From contig BAAIJX010000047.1 of the NCBI GenBank assembly GCA_054600435.1, positions 1 through 64,000 on the forward strand: a stretch of DNA of 64,000 nt, read 5' to 3'. Positions 1 to 11,496 of this stretch are shown one piece after another. This DNA comes from Neophaeotheca triangularis (lineage: Eukaryota). A program made the position numbers and the translations under genes. Positions within the stretch are counted from its first letter, which is position 1. Each line of letters starts with the position of its first letter. The notes beneath the pieces were generated by a model, which worked only from the letters and a program-made list of their open reading frames with translations, did not search any database and had not been told where the DNA came from.

Positions 1-118
1 CTAACCCTAACCCTAACCCTAACCCTAACCCTAACCCTAACCCTAACCCTAACCCTAACCCTAACCCTAACCCTAACCCTAACCCTAACCCTAACCCTAA
101 CCCTAACCCTAACCCTAA
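1..118. repeat. Telomere, (CCCTAA)n, about 19 copies
   Basis: Perfect CCCTAA hexamer array from base 1; TTAGGG is the usual Pezizomycotina telomere repeat. Confidence 0.99.
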
Positions 119-235
119 AAATCTACTTTGTCTTTAGCGTAAATGCTAGGTTTTTAATACTAGATTTTCAACGCACCTATTGTCGAGCGGCGCGAGTACT
201 TAAGAAGCCGGGAGACTAGTTTTGTTTAGGGAGGT

Positions 236-340
236 ATTGTTCGTAGTAGTTACGAACAATGTAGCAGGATTAGGAATAAGGTATAGTCGGGAATTAGGGA
301 TTGTTCGTAGTAGTTACGAACAATATAACGGGATTAGAAA
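236..340. repeat. Direct repeat (64-bp period), each copy with a 10-bp-stem palindrome ATTGTTCGTA-gtagt-TACGAACAAT
   Basis: Identical 25-mer at 236-260 and 300-324, with similar downstream flanks. Confidence 0.85.
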
Positions 341-620
341 TCAGTCAAGTCTATTATAGTAGATAGAGGCTACTTTAATCAGTCGCAAATCATTCTATGT
401 GTGTCTGTCTAGGTAGGTGTCTAAGATATAAGTACTAGTGTTAGGGAAGGTGTAGGTATATGAAGGGGGTAATAATAAAGTAAATACTATAAAACAAACA
501 TGCCTATTAATGTAGTACGGGAGTCACTACGACAATAGTAGTACTAGACGCTAGTAGTGTCGATGTAAGGAGTATCCTACATGGCGCTTAGTATATAGAT
601 AGGTAAAGTGCAATGATACT

Positions 621-734
621 AAAGTACTAAGGTCGGAAGTGCTAAGGTCGGAAGTACTAAGGTCGGAAGTGCTAAGGTCGGAAGTACTAAGGTTAGAAGT
701 GCTAAGGTTAGAAGTGCTAAGGTTAGAAGTGCTA
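621..734. repeat. 15-bp minisatellite GAAGT(A/G)CTAAGGT(CG/TA), about 7.5 copies
   Basis: Tandem copies differ only by transitions. Confidence 0.9.
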
Positions 735-1064
735 CTACTTAGTAGATCTCCCTAGTCGTAATATATCTCCCTAGTAGTAAAGGAAGAGAGTGGCCCCTAA
801 AGTCGCTACTCGGCTATACCTGTATTAAGAACACTACTTCTTTTCGAAAATCTATTTCTCGATAGTCTATAGTTTAAATGTCCTAAAATTGATTTTTGAC
901 TACGGAATTAATTTATAGTCTAAACTGTGAAATTATAGGGAAGATCTAAGGTACTAGTAAATAGCAAATTGCTACCTCTTTCTAAATCAAACTGCCCCTC
1001 TAGTCAAAATTTGGCGCTAAAATCCTCACCTATTTTAAATCAAATTGCCGCAATTTGGTCGTGG

Positions 1065-1562
1065 CATTATAGTTAGTAGCGTCCGGGCTCGGTAATATGT
1101 AGCGAGCGGTCTCTAGAGCATCGCTAGACAGGGAACGTGGAGACCGAAAGCGGTATGTTAAGTCGATAGCGCTCGGCTTCTCTGTCCCAAATGTACGGAA
1201 GTCTAGTCTCTTCCTCGTAGGCGACCTAGCGCCAATACTCTTCCTTAGATATTAGGCGATTAAGGCTGTCATAGAACCCGGATAGCAAATCTTTTGCTTA
1301 AGGATTCGTCCTAGTCATCTGTGTTTCGTTACTAGGGATCGGGAGGCCGTCATTGCTATTAGGACGAGCGCTACTTGGCGAAAGGGGAATTCAGCTTGAT
1401 ATTCTAAGATGTAACGCTCGGAGTGGATAATCACCTTATAGACGTTAATACCGCGTAACGATATGGTATAGCTATCGATACTAGGGCATTTAAGGATGTA
1501 GCGGCGCAAATTCCCACTAAGCCTAAGCTAGAGGCGAGATAGATGCTCTTAAGAAGCCTCAT
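1065..1562 (-). pseudogene. RIP-inactivated, probably 3'-truncated secreted protein; paralog of 2125-3051
   Basis: ATG at 1562 gives signal-like MRLLKSIYLASSLGLVGICAA. A downstream frame reads LLSGFYDSLNRLISKEEYWR*VAYEEETRLPYIWD...STFPV*RCSRDRSLHITEPGRY. The link between the two frames (intron or frameshift) is unresolved. Confidence 0.7.
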
Positions 1563-2124
1563 TTTCGCCATAAGATTACTATCGGGTTTAACGAGGAAGA
1601 GGAGAAAGCACGTTTCTAGCTTGCAATGTAAGTTGTTAAGCGATGCGCATCATTAGTCTACGGATGATAGCGAGTACAAAGGGTCGTCATATGGCATTCG
1701 CTTTAATAGCGCTAAACGTGCTTCCGAGGATCCGTTCTAGGCTGTTGTTAATCTCGCGGGACTAGCTTACATTATCGCCAAGAAGGTTCGAGCTTGCTTA
1801 TGTATGTCTACGGGTGTTCTAAGTAAACACTTAGCGTATAGCCTAAGTACGTCTAAGGTAACCGTGTGTAGACAAGGTAGGATTTACTAGAGCACGAGTT
1901 TGTTTTTAAAGGCGAAAGAGAATAGAGGGGCTTGTGAACTTCTAAAGTAGTGATGTCACGGAATGAATATAGACATCTACTGATTTTCGGTACACACTGC
2001 CTTCTGTACCCATTTCCCACAATTGTTAACATGCGGTCTTCTTTATCCTTCCTATCTACTAACTTTGCGCTTCTTAGTCACGTAGCCAAGGCAGACCCTA
2101 AGCTGCCTAGCCCCCTTATCGCTA

Positions 2125-3051
2125 TTATGCGGTGTCGTAGGTAATAGTAATACTACTATAGCTGTCTCCCGAATAGTATCTAGAAGCGCCGATACCACGT
2201 AAGTCCTCGATGTTAATGTATAGGTTGTCTTAGTAGTAGCCGTCTGTCTAAGTGATGACTTTACAGTTATTTAGGAGGTTATTAACACTAAAGCTCACTC
2301 TATTAATGCTACCGTAGCACTCGTCAAATTCGGTGACATAGCGGAGCACTTCACCACGACATTAACCGGAAACGAAAGTAATAATGTCAAGATCTAGATC
2401 TCGTTCCTCGACTACATGGTTGTCCTAAGTCTCTAGAATGTAGGCAGCGTCGTTATCATCTTGCCATTAAACTTGACGCCAGTACTCTTCCTTAGAGATC
2501 GGGTTCTCGAAGGCATCGTAGAATCTAGAGGGCAGATAATGGGGGTCAACAGGACGCTTAAGCAATGCCGTCAAGTCCTTGTCTGTCTATTCGTCTAGAT
2601 CGTTTTCTTCGCTAGTGTCTATGCCATTTCTAATGGCCCTTTTCTTGTAGCCACCGTAGTACGAGCAGTTATCGTTATAGATTGCGGAAGGGTATTTTCG
2701 AAGGCAGGTGAGCTAAACACTAGTTCCTAGTGATCTACCTCTAATGTAGGCGTCCGGTTCGCCGAAATACGCTTAGTCTTATACCGAGCATTACGTCTAG
2801 AAGTTGCCGCGATAGACGATGCTCACTTCGCTAACATCTCCGACTACACTAGTAATTTGTAGTGACCCGCTTTTCTTAGCTCCTTTCTCGTAATAAGTCG
2901 CCTATAGCTAGCCGCTATCGCGTATAATTAAGTCCCGCGCTAAGCATACCGCTAAGGGCCTAACGTAGCCATGTCTCGACCATTTCTTAAGCGTCTAGGC
3001 ATCTATACCTAGTGCAAGGTAGGCTATAAGAGCTAGAACACGGGCAATCAT
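2125..3051 (-). pseudogene. RIP-inactivated secreted Cys-containing protein (~308 codons)
   Basis: One frame from ATG 3051 (MIARVLALIAYLALGIDA*TL) through CLRKYPSAIYNDNCSYYGGYKKRA, LPSRFYDAFENPISKEEYWRQV and FVSG*CRGEVLRYVTEFDECYG to TAA at 2125; internal stops are all TAA/TAG. Confidence 0.8.
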
Positions 3052-3834
3052 GTTGTCTCGGTCGAGGAACACGAAGGGGTAGCAGTTCTCTAGATAGTGG
3101 CTAGAATATGAGTCGGGTTGCGGATAAATCAAGTCGAAGAATACGGGGTTATAGCTCTGTCTAACTGTCGGTAGGCCGCGAAACAGGCGACATCTATCTT
3201 CTTATGTCTCGTCTAGTATAGGCATACGTTAGTGCCTATCCCTATAGAGAGCTATAGGGAGCTATTAGAAGGAACTCGTAAGCTTCCGTTCCTGTAATAC
3301 TTAACTAGTAGCTTAGAGAGGGTTAGTACTGTCACCGAATCTAGTGCTATAGCTATAGTGCCCCTCGGAATATGTCCCTAGTAGAACTCTCGACTATAAG
3401 CTCGAGTCCTCTATTCGAAATAGTCTGCGAAGATCGACATGCAATTGTTAGTATTAGTAAGGCGGCTATGAAGCCTAGGATGCACATATGCTATAGAGAT
3501 AGGACTACTAGGCCGATCAGATCGGCGATTTCTAAACTATCGACTAGTGAGGCGTCTCGTTCGAATTGCCCAAAACGTAGTAGGTATTTCCGACAACATT
3601 ACAAGAAGGTAGACACACTCGACATTGCTAATGTGGCCCGGACCTTGTCGCCTTACTAAGACTAAGCATAGAACTATCTCTCTCCGGCAACCTAAAATGG
3701 AAATCCGGGGATATACCCCGTAGGCTAAGCATCCTCCCCGAAGAAGAGTTGAAGAAGAGGCTTAAGCTTAAAGCTTTCTTTTCTCTTAGTACCTTGGCAG
3801 CAATCATTCAATTAATCGATAGTCGTTAGGGTCA

Positions 3835-6294
3835 TTAGGTAGATCTTGCGCTAATTCTAAGGGGGGTCCTTACCTCGTGAGTATGCCCTCCCTTCCCTTC
3901 GATAGTATTATCGATCTCATGACGTAGCTAGTAATCGGCATGGTCTTGATTGCGACTATACTGCCCACTTGTCTCGTCGCGTATAGCGAGAGACTCCGCC
4001 TACTACGTATAAAGATTAGAACTAGCGTGATCGGGAGGTGTAACTAAACCCTTATTAGACGCGGTAGAGGTAGGATCTAGAGCCTATACCATAAAGTCGT
4101 CCTACACTTTTAGTCTTTCCAATTCTTTCTCCTAGGCTTGCAAATAGGCGGCACCGCTTAAGGCGAGGTTATCTATGTACTTGCTCTAAAGACCTTCGAT
4201 AGGGCCTTTAAGCCGCCCTAGTGCCGCTTATAGAAGTCATGAAGTCCTACCTAAGCATAGGCAAGTATGATTGTAGGGAGAAGCATGGCTTGCTATAACG
4301 AGTATTTCCTATCCTCGTTCTTAGCGTATAACTAATCGAGGCTAGTTAGCAACGTCCGCAGCGTCATCTTAGCCGATCCGTCTTTAAGTGTAACGTCTTC
4401 CTCTAGCACTATAAAAGGTTAGCCGAGTAGGGTATAGGCGACAGGACTACATAGTACGTGCGACAGCTCCGTAGCCGTATGTGAACTAATCGTATAGCGC
4501 TTAAGGTCGCCCTCCTAGTCAAGACATACATACACACATTACAAGACACTCCTAATCAAGCCGGAGAAGTCAAGATCCTTGATTAGGCCGAGGTCTAGGT
4601 AATAGTTACTACGCTAGACTAGCCTAGGAACGTATATAGCTAGCCGGAAGCGAACCATGCTATTCTAAGGATACGATAGCGAGGGGCCGAGATCGACCGA
4701 AGGCATAGCTAACTCGTGAGTTTTACGGCTTTTCCTAGCAATCTCGAGGCTAACTTTAAGAACATCTTCCGTGCTAGACCATGTTCTAAGACTAGTACGA
4801 AGTGCCGGAATGCATAACAGTATGTAGTTGTCAACGAAGCTTGATCCTAGGGATAAGATAGCCTTATTAGCTTCGCTCTTAATGCGTTCGCCGCTACTAG
4901 ATGTCGAAAGTGAATCGATTTTCTGTGTAGGTAGCGAAAGAGCCTTATTCGAAGCATAGCGAACTGTCATAATAAGGCTGTCGTCGAAAGTATCGTGCAT
5001 TAGGCTGATCTAATGTTCGATTAATCCTATACTACTAGCAGTTACTAGTAGAAAGCTCTAGGTCATAAAAGCCTAATAGGCTATAGTAAACTAGGTAATA
5101 GCTAGAGTGCCTAAAGAAACCTACTAAGGTACTATATAGATACTAAGGTATAGTAAAACATATAATCTAAGTATCCCTCCTACTAGGAATAGAGTCTACT
5201 ATTCTTATGTCGCTTTATTAGTCGAAGTCATCATTCGAGGCTTAGTAATTGTTAGGACGTTCGAGGGAGGACCTAGAGTCAGTCTATACTTAGTATAACG
5301 GAAGTCACTAAAGGTCTATGTAGCTTAGCTAAAGGCGACTAGTAGTCATTAATGCTCTAGTCTTATCTCGCCTTTTTATGGTTAAGAGAAGTCCGAGTAT
5401 GAAGTAAGCGATACTAATATAGCCTATTACACCTATCGTAAGACTCTATATAGAGTTACTACTATAGAGAAAGCCTAGTACCTATAAGCTAACTACTATA
5501 GTGGTAAACAAGAACCTAAAGGCTAAGTCTCAAAATATCGATAAGGATAGTAAGCTAGCTGTAGAGGAAGATACTATTTGAGTTAGGCTAATACCTATAG
5601 TCCGAAAGCTCAAGGATGCTTTAATAGTTTAGCTAAAGCATAATAAGTCGTCTCGCTTCATCTAACTAAGTTTCGCGGTCTCGATAGCTCGAACGGCATC
5701 TTTAAAGGTGTTGATTCCGTAGTAGGATGCTATGATAATCTCGCGATCCTCGTCGTTAGGAAACCCTAAGGGTCTAGCTATCGCTAGCTCGACTAGTCCC
5801 CTAAGCGTATCGTGAAGGGACGTTTCTTAGACATAGCTGCTCACAAACGCTACCGAGTCCTTCTCATAGATCGGTTGAACTTCGACACTACGCGTTGTAT
5901 AAGATGAAGTGGCTGGTTTCACGCTAAGGGGTGTTAACTCTACCAAGGCCTCGCTTCGTCTTTCGCCTTGCCTTCTAACTAGCTGCTGGAGGAAGGTTGA
6001 GCCACTCAAGCGCGTAGCACTAACGACAATTGCCAGAATCCCGAGTGGGGCGGTTGCGAGAGGAACGAAATGGTGCCAGGACGAGATGATTCGCATGTAC
6101 TCCTTCGCATTCCGGTCTCCAACAAGTGCCATGAGAGGGGCCACGCTGGCCACTACAGTTGCCCACACATCGCTGGATTCGTCGAAGGGCTGGTCGTCGG
6201 AGGTGACAGGGTAGCCTGATGCTGTCAGAAACGAGATAGGGAACAGTGGCAGACTTGGATGGATACGAAAATAGTGCTGCAAAGAAGGCGCCAT
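3835..6294 (-). pseudogene. Membrane protein gene with intact 5' end and RIP-destroyed body
   Basis: The N-terminal APLMALVGDRNAKEYM...APLGILAIVVSATRLSG resembles the conserved N-terminal membrane region of a fungal family often annotated as ankyrin-repeat proteins (from memory). The frame continues past TAA 5827 into hydrophobic segments, with many TAA/TAG stops and at least two frameshifts. Confidence 0.75.
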
Positions 6295-7150
6295 TCTTGG
6301 TCTTTAGAGCAAGCCATGTACTGGAGAGCGGCTTCGTGGTGATATAAGCAAGCACCACCTAAGCGGACTTCTGGTGTGATGTCCGCGCCCAATTCCGGTC
6401 CGCTTGTAGAGGTTGTTGCCTATTAACGTAGCATGCTGACTGCGTCGTGGTCTAGAAGGCAAAGAAGGCAAAGCTTACGAGGGCGATGTAGAAAGGGCTG
6501 TGCTGCATCGCCCTGTGCTGTACGACCGCCCGGATCAGGCTTTGAGGTATTCCTTGGTCGGGCGTTGCGACGCCATGTAAAAAAGGGATGGAAGGGAGCA
6601 TTTGATACGTACCTGAACGGGAGCCTGGGTAGAAGACGTACATGACTTCTAAACAACCGCTAGATGTGAGATGTGAGACCATCCGCCTCGAAGTCATGGT
6701 ACGGCAAGGCTGAGTGGAGAGGATGCAGCGCACCCCCCTCACGCGATTCCCACGCTCGTGAGGTGCGCTGGCAGCTCATGCATGTAGAGCTAGTAGCTCT
6801 CATGGCAGGCTGCTGTCTTGATGGCTGACTGGTGATGGTTATGGTTTTTGCCTCGATGGCTGCTGGCTGGCTGGCTGGCTTAGAATTTGGGCGGTACTGC
6901 ACGGCGTCTTGGGCGTCTTCTCGTTAGCTGCAGCCATGTTCCTCGCGGCAAAATCTATAGCTGAATGAGGTCTGTTGACCGCGATTAAAGAGAGTTTCGT
7001 AAATGCTAGCTGTTCTTCACCAGTAAATCCTTCCCCGCAATCAACTACGATTACATATTTACGACGTAGGAAAGTCGACTACTAGCTTACGACCGTGACG
7101 AGTGACAGACAAGTACGGCTTACGATCGTGACGAGCGACTTCACTTTACC

Positions 7151-8056
7151 ATGGCGAACGAGAAGCGTACTGTACTCATCACAGGATGCTCCGATGGATC
7201 ACTCGGCTCGGCTCTAGCACTCGCGCTCCATGAGCGCGGCGGTCATCGAGTATTCGCAACCGCGCGAGATACCGGTCGCATGGCAAAGCTTGCCGAACGG
7301 GGCATTGAGACACTTGAGCTGGACGTGACCACGGACGACTCGATCAAGTCGCTCGTCGAGAAACTCTCCTCCTTCACTTCGGGCAGATTGGACATGCTCA
7401 TCAACTCTATCGGCGGAGGACACTACATGCCTTTCTATCACCTCGACATTGGGAAAGCGAAAGCCCTCTTTGACGTTAACGTATGGGGCTTCGTCTCCGT
7501 GACGCAGGCACTCCTGCCCATGCTGATGAAAAGCGCTTCTCCCCGGCCAGATAGTCGCAAGGCCGTTATTGTCAACAATACCTCCATCTCCTCGGTGCTG
7601 AAGACGCCTTACCACAGTGCGTACAGCGCTTCCAAGGCGGCCATGGCATCCTTCAACGAGGCCCAGCGGATTGAGCTAAAGCCCTTTGGTATTCGCGTGG
7701 TTGATTTGAAGACTGGAAGCACCGAATCGAACTTCCAAGACAACAAGACCAGCGATGCCACGCTTCCGGTCGATTCGCCGTATCAGCCAATTCAAGAAGA
7801 GGTCATGAAAGTCATCACCGGCGAGAAGACGGAAGCGTATGCTGAGGATAGAGACGAATGGGCGAAGAACGTCGTCAACGACTTGCTAGCAAACCCGGAC
7901 GATCCCCCGGCGGAGATCTGGAGGGGTGGTGCGGCTGGTCTTGTCAAAGTTCAGAGCAAGCTTGTCAACGTCATACCAACATCTGTCGGAGACAAAGGCT
8001 TCGAGAGTCTGGGGGGCCTCGACAAGCTCGAAGGCGAGCTGACGAAGGCTGGGTAG
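7151..8056 (+). CDS. Short-chain dehydrogenase/reductase, Ayr1 (1-acyl-DHAP reductase)-like
   Basis: VLITGCSDGSLG Rossmann motif, VFATAR and YSASK catalytic motif; intronless 301 aa. Confidence 0.92.
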   Translation: MANEKRTVLITGCSDGSLGSALALALHERGGHRVFATARDTGRMAKLAERGIETLELDVTTDDSIKSLVEKLSSFTSGRLDMLINSIGGGHYMPFYHLDIGKAKALFDVNVWGFVSVTQALLPMLMKSASPRPDSRKAVIVNNTSISSVLKTPYHSAYSASKAAMASFNEAQRIELKPFGIRVVDLKTGSTESNFQDNKTSDATLPVDSPYQPIQEEVMKVITGEKTEAYAEDRDEWAKNVVNDLLANPDDPPAEIWRGGAAGLVKVQSKLVNVIPTSVGDKGFESLGGLDKLEGELTKAG

Positions 8057-8944
8057 TCGCGGTCCTTGCCAATGCGAGCCGGAAGCCGTAACGGGGCCAG
8101 TACATTTTAAGTTGTCTTGCGTGTTGAGTCGAAAATTGGCAGAGTGTATTATCGACGGAATTACTCTTTCGCGCGCCGCTATTGTGTCGCTTTAAGCTAC
8201 TTTAGGATAATATTGGCCTCCGTCTTCTCGCTTACCATGATCCTCCTTCCCTCGCCGTTGCAATGCGGTAGTGGGAGGGGTCGACATGCGCGACTGCGGT
8301 ATTCGAAGTCTGCGACCAAACCCAGATAGTTGGACTGCATGTCGTGTACCGACCAAAGTTTCACACGTCCGGCTTTCGTCCTTGCTTAGGAACTATGAGT
8401 AAAGACACTCGACGCATTGATCGCCTGAGGTCCCGCTTACGGTAAGGACAAAAATTGGCCTGTAGTAGTGGTCTGCACATGAGATGTGAGAGACGTCCGT
8501 CGTAAAGACCTTGCTTTGCTCGTTCTACCCTGAATCTCGGCTACGATCGATAGTCTCCGAAAGCGGAAAAGACGACGATGCTAGCGCGTGTCATCAGTAC
8601 CACGAATCGCCGAAACACATCCAGGACCGAACAACGGTAGATGGTGATGTCAACTCCTCGATCATCATCACCATTCCATTGTTTCCACGTCAACGATCAT
8701 GACGCCGATTGTTGCGCCAATGGCCATCCATGACGATATAGTTTCCAGCCTTCACCCTCCTGTAAGGCGCCGTCGCCATGTCGAGGTACGTTAAAGAGCG
8801 TGCAGGTTCGCGTCTTCTTCGTCTGGTTTTATGCTCTCTCGAATTCAACCCCGTCTACAGACCTGTACCACTGCCCTGCTCAAGACTCACTCTAGTCATT
8901 TTATTTCTTTTTTCTTCTACTTCTCGACGTCTCGCTTAAGAACA

Positions 8945-9985
8945 ATGCCTCCTAAAGACAAGTACTCCGACCCGAAGCTCCGCGATCAAATTAAGGAAGA
9001 GCTCCACAACAGCGACAAAGGGGGTCAGCCAGGGCAATGGAGCGCCCGCAAAGCACAGCTGATGGTGAGTTTCATCCTTGCACAATTCTCTTTGCATTCA
9101 GCCCATCTGATGTTGCTACAGGCAAAAGAGTACAAGGAGCGCGGGGGCACCTACAACACGGACGAGTCGCAGAAAGACAGTTCTCAACAAAACCTCACCA
9201 ACTGGGGCGACGAGGAATGGCAGACCAAAGACGGCTCAGGCGAAGCGCGAGAGGCAGATGGGACCGAACATCGCTACCTGCCCAAGGAGGCTTGGGAGAA
9301 CATGACCGAGGAGGAGAAAGAGAAGACGGATCAGAAGAAGGTGAACGAGAGTAAAAAGGGCAAGCAACACGTTGGGAATACGCAAGATGCGAAGGAGAAA
9401 AGAAAAAAGGCTAGCAAGGATACGCAGCAGAAGAATGGGGAGGGTAAGGAGGGGTCCGACAACGACGACGGAGATCAAGATGACGCCGAGGGCAGCGATA
9501 GCGAGGAGGAATACGTGGATGACAACGAAGCCAACGAGGACCAAGACGGCGAACAGGAGCTTGAAGGCGAAGAAGGAGCAGAGGAGAACAGTGACGGCGA
9601 GGACGATGACAACGCTCAAACTGGTCAAAAGCGCAAGCAGAGCCCGAGCAAGGGCCAGTCCAAAGGTCAATCGAAGTCGCAGAAGACCAATCAGGGCAAA
9701 GGCAAACAGCAGCAAAGTGGGGAGACTGTTGGCTCGAAACACCAGCCGGCGGAGGAGCCTGCGCCCAAAGGATCTGCCGACCGTTTGCCAAAGGTTGGCC
9801 AGAAAGTACAATGGAAGGCTTTGCCTGGATACGTCGAGGGAGAAGTTGTCGAGATAGTCACTGAGGAGAAGGAAGTTGAGGGTAAGCAGGTCAAGGGCAG
9901 CGAGAAGGATCCGAGGGTTGTGTTGAAGAGCTCGAGTAGCGGAAAGATTGCGGTGCACAAGCCTGATGCTTGTTTTTACGAGTGA
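8945..9985 (+). CDS. DUF5872-like N-terminal domain, acidic linker and C-terminal Hva1/DUF2945-like Tudor domain
   Basis: GGQPGQWSARKAQLM|AKEYKERGG, EEWQTKDG, RYLPKEAW and C-terminal GQKVQWKALPGYVEGEVVE...SSSGKIAVHKP; 57-nt GT-AG intron at 9065-9121. Confidence 0.8.
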   Translation: MPPKDKYSDPKLRDQIKEELHNSDKGGQPGQWSARKAQLMVSFILAQFSLHSAHLMLLQAKEYKERGGTYNTDESQKDSSQQNLTNWGDEEWQTKDGSGEAREADGTEHRYLPKEAWENMTEEEKEKTDQKKVNESKKGKQHVGNTQDAKEKRKKASKDTQQKNGEGKEGSDNDDGDQDDAEGSDSEEEYVDDNEANEDQDGEQELEGEEGAEENSDGEDDDNAQTGQKRKQSPSKGQSKGQSKSQKTNQGKGKQQQSGETVGSKHQPAEEPAPKGSADRLPKVGQKVQWKALPGYVEGEVVEIVTEEKEVEGKQVKGSEKDPRVVLKSSSSGKIAVHKPDACFYE

Positions 9986-10531
9986 ACTGGAATGTAATGC
10001 TACTTGTCTGCGACGACTTGAGGGGGTTTGTACAATAAATTTAGCGGTCCTATGCAATACCTTGTCGTGTACTGATATCTTCATCATCCCGTAACTTCGT
10101 AACCGTATATTACGCAGTCTTGGCGGTGGACCATCAGTCGCGTCTTCTGTAGTCCCAACTGTCGACAAATTCGCCTTAGAACCTGTCTTCACCAGTACTA
10201 GTGGTAAGCGAATTATGTTGTCTGTTCATGTAACGATGTCTTTCCCCCACGCGCGTGTGCATATGTGCATACTGAACTCTCGCCTCGAAAAAGTAGAAAG
10301 ACTCACCCTTCCCTTCCCACCTTTAGCCGCGAAGATAGCCGGCAGGTGGAGAGCTTCCGGAACAATACCCACCGACGCAAGTCGCCCAGGCCGCGCAGAC
10401 CTGGAACGATTGAAGACGTTTCCATCTTCTACACTTAGAACGATCTGGAGGGCCAGTAAAGCATAGCAGCCAGCAACGAGTGACAGCCGAGTTACTTCTA
10501 TTCGAAAAGAAAGCCGCCATCAAGTCCGACC

Positions 10532-11435
10532 ATGCCAGACTCAAGCACCGTCTCCGGCAAAATGGGCCGCAATAACGACATGGCGAACAAAGTCTTCTGC
10601 ATTGCCGGAGGCGCGAGCGGCATCGGTCTGGCCACAGCCCAGATCCTTCACGCCCGGGGAGCAACCGTTGCAGTAGGTGACCTCGACAATGAAGCCATCG
10701 CGACAGCGAAGCGATCCCTGGAACCGCAAAACGCCGCCGAGCGCACTCTCTTCACCCAGCTCGACGTCTCTAAGCGGGAATCTGTGGACTCATGGGTAGC
10801 CTCCGTCGTCGAAAAGTTCGGCCGCTTGGACGGCGCGGCGAATTGCGCGGGTGTGATTGGGAAGCACCACGGCACTCGCAAGTTGGAGGATTTGGAGGAT
10901 GATCAGTGGGATTTGATCATCGGAGTGAATCTGACGGGCATGATGTATTGTATACGAGCGCAGTTGAAGGCGATGCAGGGGCCGGGGAGTGTGGTCTGTG
11001 TTAGCTCTATCCAAGGCATCATGGGGTTTGCGAAGCATGCTGCTTACACGGCGAGCAAGCATGGAATTTTGGGTGAGTTTGGGTCAAGGAGTAGGATTAA
11101 AGATTGGCTGCTGACGATCGTAGGTCTCGTGAGGTCTGCCGCGAAGGAGGTCGGTGACCGGAAGATTAGAGTCAACGCCGTAACTCCGTGAGTTTACCCA
11201 AGTTCAGAAAACATCCAAACAATACTAACACGGCGGCAGCGGCTCAATCGAAACTCCACTTATGCACAAACGAAATGCCCTCGAGGGCGTTGACCCATCT
11301 TACCCGGAAACACCCATCAATCGGCTGGGCACTTCTGAAGAATGCGGGAACCTAATAGCATGGCTACTAAGCGACGAGGCGTCATTCGTATCAGGCTCTA
11401 CCTACGGAGTCGACGGCGGCTGGGCAGCATGCTAG
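10532..11435 (+). CDS. Classical SDR oxidoreductase
   Basis: [28 protein letters not shown] and C-terminal [12 protein letters not shown]; introns 11073-11123 and 11188-11239; the start may be a downstream ATG (10562 or 10580). Confidence 0.9.
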
Positions 11436-11496
11436 ACAAAAGCGACAAATTAACCAAGTCGCTGAGACGAGCAACCTCTTCCCTCTTTCACCCCTC

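Larger units (their letters stand above)
119..5950. other. RIP-mutated subtelomeric block
   Basis: Visible excess of TpA (TAG/CTA/TAA) and loss of CpA/TpG relative to the genes beyond 7 kb; relic reading frames are broken by TAA/TAG where CAA/CAG/TGG is expected. Confidence 0.9.

Noticed and set aside
236..324. CRISPR-like palindromic repeat with spacer
   Set aside because: Only two copies, similar flanks, eukaryotic context and no cas genes.
1315..5000. Short ORF-track calls at 1315, 1950, 3372 and 4665
   Set aside because: Chance ORFs or stop-to-stop fragments of RIP pseudogenes, not independent genes.
119..5950. Telomere-linked RecQ helicase or retrotransposon ORF
   Set aside because: No helicase, RT or integrase motifs in the frames I could reconstruct; bases 119-1000 remain unassigned.
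9236..10192. 318-aa Leu-rich minus-strand ORF
   Set aside because: Antisense of the Glu/Lys/Asp-rich plus-strand gene.
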